In this document: positions 1 through 8,348 of the stretch, in pieces
Layout of the letters: the number at the start of each line of letters is the position of its first letter
Position numbering within the stretch: the first letter of the stretch is position 1
Source of the DNA: an uncultured delta proteobacterium
GTDB taxonomy: Bacteria > Desulfobacterota > Syntrophobacteria > BM002
Direction of reading: 5' to 3'
NCBI GenBank assembly: GCA_963712115.1
Contig: CAVQGX010000031.1
Location: 192,001 to 256,000 of the forward strand
DNA length: 64,000 nt
The notes under the pieces: model-generated
The model's database searches: none
The model's input: the letters and a program-made list of their open reading frames with translations, nothing else
What the model was told of the DNA's origin: nothing
Position numbers and translations under genes: made by a program

Positions 1-401
1 TCGTAATCTTGCGAATATGAGGTCTCCCTGGATCTCCCCAAGCGAAAAGCAAATTTATCGCCCATTTCACTTTCTTCAACAAAGCCGGTGGTGTGCACAT
101 AGATTCCCTCTTCCCCGCTCTCCCCCCGACCGACAATAACTTTTTCCCCTTTCCGCAACCTTCGTTGCTCCACCACCTCAAGCCCTTTCTCCCTCAATAC
201 AACCGCGCAGTCCATCCGGCTCTCTTCTGCAAGAATCCACTCCCCGTCTATCTTGAAATATTCAGGGAAGATAGTGGTTGCGTGAAAAGCAGCCGGGGCC
301 ACCCCTTCTTGCAGCACCTCCTCGATTCTCACATTCGGCGAGGAGAGGAAGGACTCTCGCTTAAAATCAGGTGGGTAATATTCAGGCAATTTGAAAGTCA
401 T
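1..401 (-). CDS. 5' part of a TIGR00300 / LOR-SDH conserved-region (ornithine cyclodeaminase-like) protein, running off the left edge
   Basis: Not in the ORF track because there is no stop in the window. Manual translation from ATG 401 (GGAGG RBS upstream): MTFKLPEYYPPDF...GVAPAAFHATTIFPEYFKIDGEWILAEESRMDCAVV...VIVGRGESGEEGIYVH...FAFRLGRSRETSYSQDY. This resembles the AP-x-F-x-TT...W...RMD-x-x-VV pattern of that family. Confidence 0.65.
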   Translation of the reverse strand, partial: MTFKLPEYYPPDFKRESFLSSPNVRIEEVLQEGVAPAAFHATTIFPEYFKIDGEWILAEESRMDCAVVLREKGLEVVEQRRLRKGEKVIVGRGESGEEGIYVHTTGFVEESEMGDKFAFRLGRSRETSYSQDY

Positions 402-516
402 GGGTAATCCTCCCTCTTGCAAAGTATTGTGGTGCCCTCGGTCTGTTGCCGGTCGTCCGTTCTGGAAGTTGACATTATACAACTGTGACAACTGATTAGT
501 CACTTCTGAGTTGCAC

Positions 517-625
517 AGGAGTTTCGCCAAAAATATTCTAGGACACGGGAAAGCTACTCCACAACGAGCATCGGAGCAACCGGTGCGAAGCCTCCACTGC
601 TTGCAAAGACCACCATGTGCATCGG
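517..625 (-). repeat. Copy A of a two-copy non-coding element (partner at 42657-42780)
   Basis: CACGGGAAAGCTACTCCACAACGA (544-567) matches 42692-42715 at 23/24 nt; a similar AGGAGTTT...AATATT block lies beside both. Confidence 0.6.
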
Positions 626-647
626 CACGAGGAAGGGGGAAATCGGG

Positions 648-1655
648 TTAAATGATTTCAATGGATTCGGGTGGGCAGGTAAGCCAGATATTTGAGCCCA
701 TACCTAAAGACATGGCTGCGAAGTCTTCCTTTGAAATGAGAACGCAAAGCGGCAGCCCTACGTCAACCAGGGCCCGCACCTTGTTTTTCTCATCGGTCAA
801 CTGTACCAAACGACCTTTGAAGGAGTTCGCCGGAGGTGCGTCATCAGCGGTTCTACTGACCTGAATTGCATTAGGGTTTATGGCGATGCGAACCGGTCCC
901 ATCTTTCCCTTGGTGATACCCAGCTTCAACTTGTTCTGCACTAGGCAATAGGGATCACCGTTTTCGCCGGGCCTGATGTGCCCAGTGAATATGTTCTCGT
1001 AGGTGGATTGGGCCAACCTACCCTCGAAAAGAAAGACGATCTCATCCGCAAGCCTTGCCGCCTGGTTCATGTCATGGGTGGTGAAAATAACTGATATTCC
1101 CTTGTCCTGGTTAATCTCCTGGACAATCCTTTCTATGGCGATCTGGTTTTCCACATCCACACTGGCAGTCGGCTCGTCAAAGAGGATCACCTCTGGCGAG
1201 CAGGCGAGAGCTCTGGCGATTGCAATCCTCTGCGTCTCTCCACCCGAAAGGTTGTGAGCCCGAGCGTACTTAAATTCCCGCATGCCGACCAGATCCAGCA
1301 ATTCGTCGATCACTTCCTCTTGTCTCTGCTTCGGGACTTTACGGATAACTAGTGGAAATTCCAGATTCTTCTCAACTGTAACGGTAAACATGATGGGATG
1401 CTGTTGCACTATGACGACCCTGCGGCGCAGATCCCGCAGTCTATTGTTCTCGTGGTCAACCTTTTTACCTTGAAACCATACCTCCCCGGAGGTTGGTCGC
1501 GAAAGAAAGGCAAATATCTCGAGAAGCGTGGTCTTTCCGGCACCGTTGGGCCCCAAGAGTCCAACGATTCGACCCGCTTCAACCGCAAGATGGGGCAGAT
1601 CAAGGACTGCCCGTTTACCGTATATCTTTTTCAGATTACTCAACTCGTATAACAT
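648..1655 (-). CDS. tupC: Tungstate ABC transporter ATP-binding subunit with C-terminal TOBE-like domain
   Basis: Walker A GPNGAGKTT, signature LSGGE, Walker B ILFDEPT; downstream of tupAB. Confidence 0.85.
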   Translation of the reverse strand: MLYELSNLKKIYGKRAVLDLPHLAVEAGRIVGLLGPNGAGKTTLLEIFAFLSRPTSGEVWFQGKKVDHENNRLRDLRRRVVIVQQHPIMFTVTVEKNLEFPLVIRKVPKQRQEEVIDELLDLVGMREFKYARAHNLSGGETQRIAIARALACSPEVILFDEPTASVDVENQIAIERIVQEINQDKGISVIFTTHDMNQAARLADEIVFLFEGRLAQSTYENIFTGHIRPGENGDPYCLVQNKLKLGITKGKMGPVRIAINPNAIQVSRTADDAPPANSFKGRLVQLTDEKNKVRALVDVGLPLCVLISKEDFAAMSLGMGSNIWLTCPPESIEII

Positions 1656-1830
1656 GACATTTTGTTTATTTGTAGTTCCTACGGTTTTTGCTTGGACAAT
1701 TTTCTATTAGCCTTTCATACTATGGCTTCCCTGAGACAGGGGGAGCTGCGAGGCAAAGTGCATCTGAGCCACCGGTGTTTTGCTCCGGAAGAACCCTCTT
1801 TTATCAAGAATCAGCTTTGCATTCTCGTTT

Positions 1831-2526
1831 TCATACCCGGGCTCTCCCCTGGACATAGTTGAAAAAAATGTTCAGCCCGAAACTTACTGTGAGGAGGACA
1901 ATCCCCAAGGCCACACTAAGGACAAACTCACCTTTGTCATACTCCAGAGCCATTGCTGTGGTCATATTGCGGGTAAAGCCTTTAGCATTTCCGCCTAACA
2001 TCATACTGATACCAACCTCAGCAATGACCCTGCCAAAGGCGGCGATAACCGCAGCTACGATGGCGAAGCGCGCTTCTCTGATAATAACCCAGGCTGTCTG
2101 CAGAGCGTTCGCCCCCAAAGTCATGGCTGTTTTCCGGTAGCGCTCGTCGATTCTGCTGATGGCCGAGATAGTGAACACGGTTATGATTGGGATAATGAGG
2201 ATCACTTGACCGATAATCATGGCTTTCTGGGTATAGAGCAAATCGAGTACCCCCAGAATTCCCCGCCGTGAAATGAAGGCGTAGACAAAAAGCCCTACCA
2301 CCACCGTGGGCAGAGCCAGCAGTGTATTGAGAATGGTGATGAGCATACGCTTTCCTGGGAATTCCCGGAAAGCTATGAGGAATCCCGCCGGAACCCCGAC
2401 CAGGCTGGCAATGATCGTTGAGGTGGAACTTACCTTGAGCGAGACGGAAACGATTTCCACCAGCTCCGGATCAATAGACCATAGAAGCAATAGTGCGGAA
2501 AAGAAGCTGTCGAAAAGAAATTCCAT
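1831..2526 (-). CDS. tupB: Tungstate ABC transporter permease
   Basis: Hydrophobic; LALPTVVVGL and FGRVIAEVGISMMLGGN...TRNMTTAMALE motifs typical of TupB. Confidence 0.9.
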   Translation of the reverse strand: MEFLFDSFFSALLLLWSIDPELVEIVSVSLKVSSTSTIIASLVGVPAGFLIAFREFPGKRMLITILNTLLALPTVVVGLFVYAFISRRGILGVLDLLYTQKAMIIGQVILIIPIITVFTISAISRIDERYRKTAMTLGANALQTAWVIIREARFAIVAAVIAAFGRVIAEVGISMMLGGNAKGFTRNMTTAMALEYDKGEFVLSVALGIVLLTVSFGLNIFFNYVQGRARV

Positions 2527-2574
2527 GCTTTACCTTAGTTTTCTGCTGAGAAAATGACCCATACTTTACGACAG

Positions 2575-3477
2575 TCACTTTGCATCCGGAATGGCATCGG
2601 GGTAAAAAGCCTGCTGTCCCTGAATCTTGTAGCGGGCAATCATAGCCTGTACCTTGGGCGATACGAGCCATTTGGCAAAGTGATCGGCCAAGTCAAACTT
2701 GACGTGTGGGTACTTCTTCGGATTAATGGGGATGATTCCGTAAGGGTTGAAAAGAAGTGGATCGCCCTCACAGAGGATGTCCAGTTCCACTGCCGGCTGC
2801 TTACCGTACTTGTACTCCAGGTACGTACCTCGATCCGCCAGGGTGTAAGCTCGCTTTTCGTCAGCAAAGGTCAGGGTTTTTCCCATTCCTTGACCGATGG
2901 AAAGATACCACTCCCCGAGTCCACCAGGGTACATAAAGGTCAAGCCCTTCTTCTGCCCCTTGACTACGATCTCGGTCCTTTGGGTTTGCAACGGCAAGCC
3001 CGTGGCCTTCCAGAGTGCCTGCTCCTTGGTGTGCGTTCCGCTGTCATCACCCCGTGAAACGAAACTGGCCTTGGCCTCGGCGATTTTCTTCAGGGCTTCG
3101 GAACCATGCTTCATACCTTTGATACCCGCGGGATCAGCAGCAGGTCCCAAAATGATGAAGTCGTTATGCATGACTGCCAGACGATAGGCGCCGTACCCGT
3201 CGGCCACGAATTGCTCCTCTCTTGCCTTGGCGTGAACGAAGATGATATCTACATTTCCGTCCATGCCGTCCCGGATGGCCGCACCCGTTCCTTTGGCGAA
3301 GACCTTAATTTTTATGCCGGTATCCTTTTCGAACTCAGGCAGCAGCACATCCAGAAGGCCGGAGTTCTCCGTGCTGGTGGTGGTGGACATCTTGATCACC
3401 TTTTCAGCGGCAGTTACAGGACGCAAAGCAAGCATCACAAAAACCAGAGCAATGATCAACAACCAACTTCTCTTCAT
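2575..3477 (-). CDS. tupA: Tungstate-binding periplasmic protein
   Basis: Signal peptide; TTTSTENSGLL, GTG and FVSRGDDSGTH signature motifs of TupA. Confidence 0.92.
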   Translation of the reverse strand: MKRSWLLIIALVFVMLALRPVTAAEKVIKMSTTTSTENSGLLDVLLPEFEKDTGIKIKVFAKGTGAAIRDGMDGNVDIIFVHAKAREEQFVADGYGAYRLAVMHNDFIILGPAADPAGIKGMKHGSEALKKIAEAKASFVSRGDDSGTHTKEQALWKATGLPLQTQRTEIVVKGQKKGLTFMYPGGLGEWYLSIGQGMGKTLTFADEKRAYTLADRGTYLEYKYGKQPAVELDILCEGDPLLFNPYGIIPINPKKYPHVKFDLADHFAKWLVSPKVQAMIARYKIQGQQAFYPDAIPDAK

Positions 3478-3492
3478 CGTTTCACCTCCATT

Positions 3493-4398
3493 TTACCCTC
3501 GAAAAACAACCTGTCCTGACAAAGTCAGATCGTACCCAGAAAACTTGTCGCTCAAACGGAGAAACTCCTCATCTCTAAGCAGGGCCAGGAGCATCTGCAC
3601 GCCGCGGCTGAAGAAGACATCTTTGCGCATGATGAAATCGTACCGTTCCCAGCGCACCTCCACCTGATCCAAACCCAGCATTTCTGCGACAGCAGCGATT
3701 GCCAACCCCGCATCGGCCCTTTCCGCCAATACCTCCAGGGCCACATCGAGGTGACGGGCGAATTCTGTCTCGTACCCTGGAATCTGATCACCACTGACAC
3801 CCTGCCTCTCCAGTTCCTGGTCAAAAAGCAGTCGGGTTCCGGTGCCTTTCTTGCGGTTGGCGATCCGCAGCCGACCGCTGGTGAGATCAGCCAGCTCCTT
3901 GATCCCTTTTGGGTTACCGCGAGGCACCACTACCGCCTGCAATCTCTTACAAAAGTTAACCAACACCACGTCATTGCCTAATTCCTCTTCCACGTAGGCG
4001 AAGTTGTAATCGTCTCCATCCGACTCCAGTAGGTGACAAGAGCAGATGTGACAGAGATTCTCCTTTAGGGCCCGAATGCCTCCCATGCTCCCTAAGTTGC
4101 TGAACAAAGGAAGAGGAAGGGGATACCGTCGAGCAAACACTTCCAGAAGCTGGTCTAGTAATAAATCGTTACTCCCGGTTATTATAAGTAAGTTTTTGTA
4201 AGTATCTGTAGTCTTCCCAGCAGGAGGATAGTTCTCGGTATGCTGCTCCAGCCACCGGTCTACCAGGTGGCGCTGAAAAAGCCATTTGCCCGTAACCTTG
4301 GTGGCGGGCAACCCCTTGGCCGTAATCAGGTTGTATATCTTTTTTTCATTTATTCCAATATATTGAGAAACTTCCTTGGTGTTCATTAAAGACGACAT
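3493..4398 (-). CDS. Excisionase-type HTH plus molybdate/tungstate-binding PBP-domain regulator (TaoR/ModE-like)
   Basis: N-terminal HTH_17-like MNTKEVSQYIGINEKKIY...LPATKVTGKWLF; C-terminal GSND, GSMGG, NRKKGTGTR PBP motifs; first gene of the tup operon. Confidence 0.8.
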   Translation of the reverse strand: MSSLMNTKEVSQYIGINEKKIYNLITAKGLPATKVTGKWLFQRHLVDRWLEQHTENYPPAGKTTDTYKNLLIITGSNDLLLDQLLEVFARRYPLPLPLFSNLGSMGGIRALKENLCHICSCHLLESDGDDYNFAYVEEELGNDVVLVNFCKRLQAVVVPRGNPKGIKELADLTSGRLRIANRKKGTGTRLLFDQELERQGVSGDQIPGYETEFARHLDVALEVLAERADAGLAIAAVAEMLGLDQVEVRWERYDFIMRKDVFFSRGVQMLLALLRDEEFLRLSDKFSGYDLTLSGQVVFRG

Positions 4399-4467
4399 GA
4401 TTTAATCCTTCAGGTAAAAATAAAGGGAAAAAAGATTGGATTGAGTGATCATTTTTTGCTTATGACT

Positions 4468-4496
4468 TTATTACCACAAGCGAATAATCATGTCAA
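4468..4496 (-). promoter_or_regulatory. Putative sigma70 promoter of the regulator-tupABC operon
   Basis: Minus strand TTGACA-N17-TAATAA, about 70 nt upstream of the ATG at 4398. Confidence 0.5.
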
Positions 4497-4763
4497 AACA
4501 AGAAACGAAAAATAACAGATTATAACTTTATTTTCTTCTCTTGATACGTTTTTAGTGAGATTTTTCTAGGAACTGGCTGTAACCCCACGGCCCAGCAGGC
4601 CGCCGAAAAATCACCGAAACCGTCATTCTGAGGAGTCCTTCGCTCTGACCCCCGAAGCAGTCGAAAACCCCTAAGTCGGCAAAGGCTCTTTTAAGGGACT
4701 CTTGACAAACATTCCGAAGTCGGTTCTGATCATATTTATTATCCGATAGACAAGGAGACGGCT

Positions 4764-7133
4764 ATGAGCACAGGCACGGAGCGTTCACCATCGTCAGGAG
4801 TTGGTATCTCCAAGGCCACAATCCGTGAGGACATTCTCCAGAGTTTCCCAGGGCTCTTCGGGACCAAGAAGATAAACGGCCGAGAAGTCAATGTGGAACA
4901 GGAGATTGCCGCACTTGCCCAAGAGTTGCATCCCAAGATCGCCGCGGTCCTCACCGCGCGTCGGGCCTTACTGCGGTCTTCCGCGCCGGTCCGCGAAAAA
5001 TATGGTTGGCCGAAGTGGGACGACACCTTTGAGGATCCCGTAACCGAGCAGTTCTGGACATATCGCCAGATTATCCAGGGCTTGATTGATAACTTTCTCG
5101 GTAAGGACAGCGACTGGAGCTGGCGGCTAAACGACGAAGTGGACATCCCCAAGGACGCCCACCCTTTGACCAACCCCGGCTTGGAGCTCACCGGGCCGTG
5201 GCATCCGCTGGACATGGCCTTCAAGGCCTTGGACAGCCCGGCCCCCATGAACATGCCGGACTTTGAAGACGCCGCGCCGCCCCATTTCCGTCCCCATGGC
5301 ACGCCCGAGAATGAGCCGTTAGGGATTTTCGCGGCCGTGGAAAACGCCAAAGAGATTTTCGAAGGCACCTGGGATAACCGCGCCTATGAGGTGGTGAAGA
5401 AAGGCGGAACGCGGGAGTACAGGATCAAGGCATCCCCGGCGCAGTGGCCGACTCGGTTTGCTCGGCCTCCGAGCATCCACGTGCGATATGATCACATCAC
5501 GGTCGAAGGCCAACCGGTGCACGGGATTATTCCCATCACCCTTCTCTGGGCGCTCAACAATTACGAATCCCTCACACGGGCCGGCACCGGCCTATATTAT
5601 TACATCCCGAAGATTCAGACCCCTCAGGAAGCTCTCATTGTGGAGAAGCTCCTGGCACGGGTGGAAGGCTTGATCGGCGTCCAACCCGGCACCATCAAGA
5701 TCAAAGTCCTCTATGAGGAGGGGAATGCGGGCCGGTTCTTGCCTGTGATCGCCTGGGTCCTGCGACGGAGACTCCTTGGGACCAACGTCGGCCGCTGGGA
5801 CTACCTCGCCAGCATCATTGAGATGTGGAAGGACGACCCGCAGGGCGTGTTTCCCGATCCACAGTCCATCGGCATGGCCACCCCGAACATGATTGCTTAT
5901 CAGCGGTATAATGCGCTGATGATGCTCATGGCCGGCATGAAGAATGGCGTGCTCAGCCAGGGGGCTCCCATTGGCGGGATGGCGGCGGTAATGATCTACC
6001 AACCGGCTGATCCCTACGGCCGCTCCCAGTATAACCCGGTGGCCCTGCGTGGAATGGTAATCGACAAGGTGCGAGAGCGGTTGCTGGGTCTTATCTTTGT
6101 GCCCGAGGAGTCGCTACCCGCAGGTGGACAGCCTACCCTGGAAGACATCCTTGCCGGAGGGGTGAAAGGACGACTCTATGATGCCTATCGGCAAAGCTGG
6201 GTTGCCAGCCCCGAACCGGCCTATGTGGCCGCCGGCAATGAACCTTTGCGGGCTCCCGTGACGCAGCTCCAGGCAATCCTCGATGCGGAGCGAGAGGATG
6301 TGGAGGTGAAAGGCAAACCTGTGCCGACGGTCGCCAGTGGTCTCTCGGAGGCGGAGCGGCAGCTGCTGCAATCCCGCGGCTTGTTGAACCCGCAGGGCAA
6401 GATCACCCCCTGGGTCGTCACCAAGGACATGTTCAGTAGGCCGGAGAAACTCTTCACCCAAGAACTTTGGGACAGCATCTACTCCGTGCCCAAGGGTGAG
6501 ATCACCATTGAGCACATCCAGCATGCCTTCTACATGGCGGCCAACTACGGCTTCCAGATTCTCAACGGTAATTTCGCGGCCGCCATCGACGACTACGAGC
6601 TTTCACTGCGTTTCATGAATGATCTCGCCACCTACCGGATCGATGTGTCCTGGCTGTGGACTCTTCTCCATCACCAAGCCGTCATCACCAAGGACGGCTA
6701 CCTCAAAGGGCCGGCGCTCACCGAGGATGGACTCAATCCGGCTGAAAACGTTTTCGAGGTCAAGGCCGGGACCCGCCTCACCAAGGAGCTGTTCCAGAGG
6801 TTGTGGGACTACCACAATGAATGGACGTCGGCGTTCTTCGCCGAGCTGGACCGCCTCGGCAATCCAGGCCGCTTTGACCGCGCCAAGGCGCCTGTCATTA
6901 TGGAGCTCCTGAAGCGCCAGCTACTTTCGCCGAGCTACATCCAGCACAGCGCCCGGGTGCTCTTCGTTTTGGCGCCGGCGAACGAACAGGAGCGCGAGCA
7001 GCTCCTCGAGGCGATTTTCACCCTCTCCCGCGAGGAAGTCGTCAAGCGCGCCCAAGCAGCCGCGCTGAACAAGTCCGCCTTGGATGCCCACGATTATATC
7101 CATGACATCTTTCCGGGAATCGAAGGAGAATAG
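4764..7133 (+). CDS. aceB: Malate synthase, enlarged and divergent AceB/MSA-like protein (789 aa)
   Basis: ELTGP, MPDFEDA, YYYIPKIQ, IKIKVLYEE, NVGRWDYLAS, PIGGMAA and FMNDLATYRI align with malate synthase A motifs; aceA and aceK are nearby; GGAG RBS. Confidence 0.75.
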   Translation: MSTGTERSPSSGVGISKATIREDILQSFPGLFGTKKINGREVNVEQEIAALAQELHPKIAAVLTARRALLRSSAPVREKYGWPKWDDTFEDPVTEQFWTYRQIIQGLIDNFLGKDSDWSWRLNDEVDIPKDAHPLTNPGLELTGPWHPLDMAFKALDSPAPMNMPDFEDAAPPHFRPHGTPENEPLGIFAAVENAKEIFEGTWDNRAYEVVKKGGTREYRIKASPAQWPTRFARPPSIHVRYDHITVEGQPVHGIIPITLLWALNNYESLTRAGTGLYYYIPKIQTPQEALIVEKLLARVEGLIGVQPGTIKIKVLYEEGNAGRFLPVIAWVLRRRLLGTNVGRWDYLASIIEMWKDDPQGVFPDPQSIGMATPNMIAYQRYNALMMLMAGMKNGVLSQGAPIGGMAAVMIYQPADPYGRSQYNPVALRGMVIDKVRERLLGLIFVPEESLPAGGQPTLEDILAGGVKGRLYDAYRQSWVASPEPAYVAAGNEPLRAPVTQLQAILDAEREDVEVKGKPVPTVASGLSEAERQLLQSRGLLNPQGKITPWVVTKDMFSRPEKLFTQELWDSIYSVPKGEITIEHIQHAFYMAANYGFQILNGNFAAAIDDYELSLRFMNDLATYRIDVSWLWTLLHHQAVITKDGYLKGPALTEDGLNPAENVFEVKAGTRLTKELFQRLWDYHNEWTSAFFAELDRLGNPGRFDRAKAPVIMELLKRQLLSPSYIQHSARVLFVLAPANEQEREQLLEAIFTLSREEVVKRAQAAALNKSALDAHDYIHDIFPGIEGE

Positions 7134-7576
7134 CCATCGAGGTTGAGACAAGATTCGGAAGAAAATCTTAACCTACACTCTAACGTTCTAGAGGTCTCAC
7201 CTACATACAGTGTTCATCACACTGGAGTTGGATATAAGTCTTTCTGCTACCGATTTGGTTTTATGGAAGTCTGCGAAAACTCGCCATACACATATCATAT
7301 ATTGAATCTTTAAAAATTTTCCATCTTGTCAAGATAACTGAAATTGCGAATCATACTTACGAGTGCCAAATATCCAATTATGAGATCCTGCCCAAGTTAT
7401 TGGATACCCAAAACCGAACGCCACATTAGCCAAATTTTATTGTGGACCAACTTGCCAGATAGTAGTAAGATTTTTCCACATTTATAACCATAAATGCCAA
7501 ATATTTTAATTCCGAAGATTAGGCTGAATTAAGTTAATTTGTTAAAATAATTAAAAAATCGCAATAAAAACTCTTT

Positions 7577-7606
7577 TGGCATGCTTTTTTCATCCAAATG
7601 TAATAC
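7577..7606 (+). promoter_or_regulatory. Sigma54-like promoter variant followed by a TGTAATAC box
   Basis: TGGCATG-CTTT-TTTCA (7577-7592; -24 matches, -12 reads TC instead of GC) after an AT-rich tract; TGTAATAC at 7599-7606. Confidence 0.35.
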
Positions 7607-7636
7607 ACCAAACGTGATTTAAACCGTAAGATACCT

Positions 7637-8134
7637 ATGAAAAAAGATGTAGTTTACTCGATGAGAATGAATAGTAGGGTCCGTGAGGCCCTCAGGAAGG
7701 CGGCAACTAGAGAACGTCGCACCGTTGCCTCCCTATTGGATAAGATTGTTACGGATTACTTGGCAAAGGAAGGCTTTCTTGCCGGTCCTGAGTTTGGTGC
7801 TGAACGGCGAAGGTTTCCCAGAAAGAAAATCACTTTGCCAGCCAAGACTCATCTTGAGACAAAAACTGAAGAAACCTTTCCAGGCGTGGTGCTTGATATC
7901 TCGATGGGAGGAGTCTTAGTAACTTATCCTAAAGGATCCGAAATTAGGTTTTCATCCATGGGGCAACTGCCTAATTTTGAGCTTTGCTTTACTCTTCCCA
8001 GCGAGAAAGAAGAATTATGCTTCGACTGTGAAGCTCGGCATATGCGCGACACTGGAGACGAGATCCAAGTCGGTGCGACCTTTAGCAATCCCAAGGGGAA
8101 CTATCTGCAGAAGTTAAATAGCTATCTCATGTAG
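7637..8134 (+). CDS. Ribbon-helix-helix-like DNA-binding domain fused to a PilZ (c-di-GMP-binding) domain
   Basis: N-terminal YSMRM...VREALRKAATRERRTVASLLDKIVTDYL has the RHH pattern; C-terminal ERRRFPR (RxxxR) and DISMGG (DxSxxG) are PilZ motifs. Confidence 0.75.
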   Translation: MKKDVVYSMRMNSRVREALRKAATRERRTVASLLDKIVTDYLAKEGFLAGPEFGAERRRFPRKKITLPAKTHLETKTEETFPGVVLDISMGGVLVTYPKGSEIRFSSMGQLPNFELCFTLPSEKEELCFDCEARHMRDTGDEIQVGATFSNPKGNYLQKLNSYLM

Positions 8135-8348
8135 AGAAGTACACGATCGGAAAGAGGAGGAAACAGCATTGCGCATAAGACATTTCATGATCTATGGTTG
8201 CTTGTAATGTTTTTTTTTCGTCTTTGCGTATTACAAATGATGCTTTAAGAAACTCATAGTCGCTTGTCATGGATAAACTCTTAAAAGACAAACCAAGTTC
8301 CAAAACCTTACTCCTTAAGAATGAGTTTAGTGATGGAGGGAACTCCTC

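Noticed and set aside
93-407. 104-aa plus-strand ORF
   Set aside because: Antisense shadow of the minus-strand gene starting at 401, which has an RBS and family motifs.
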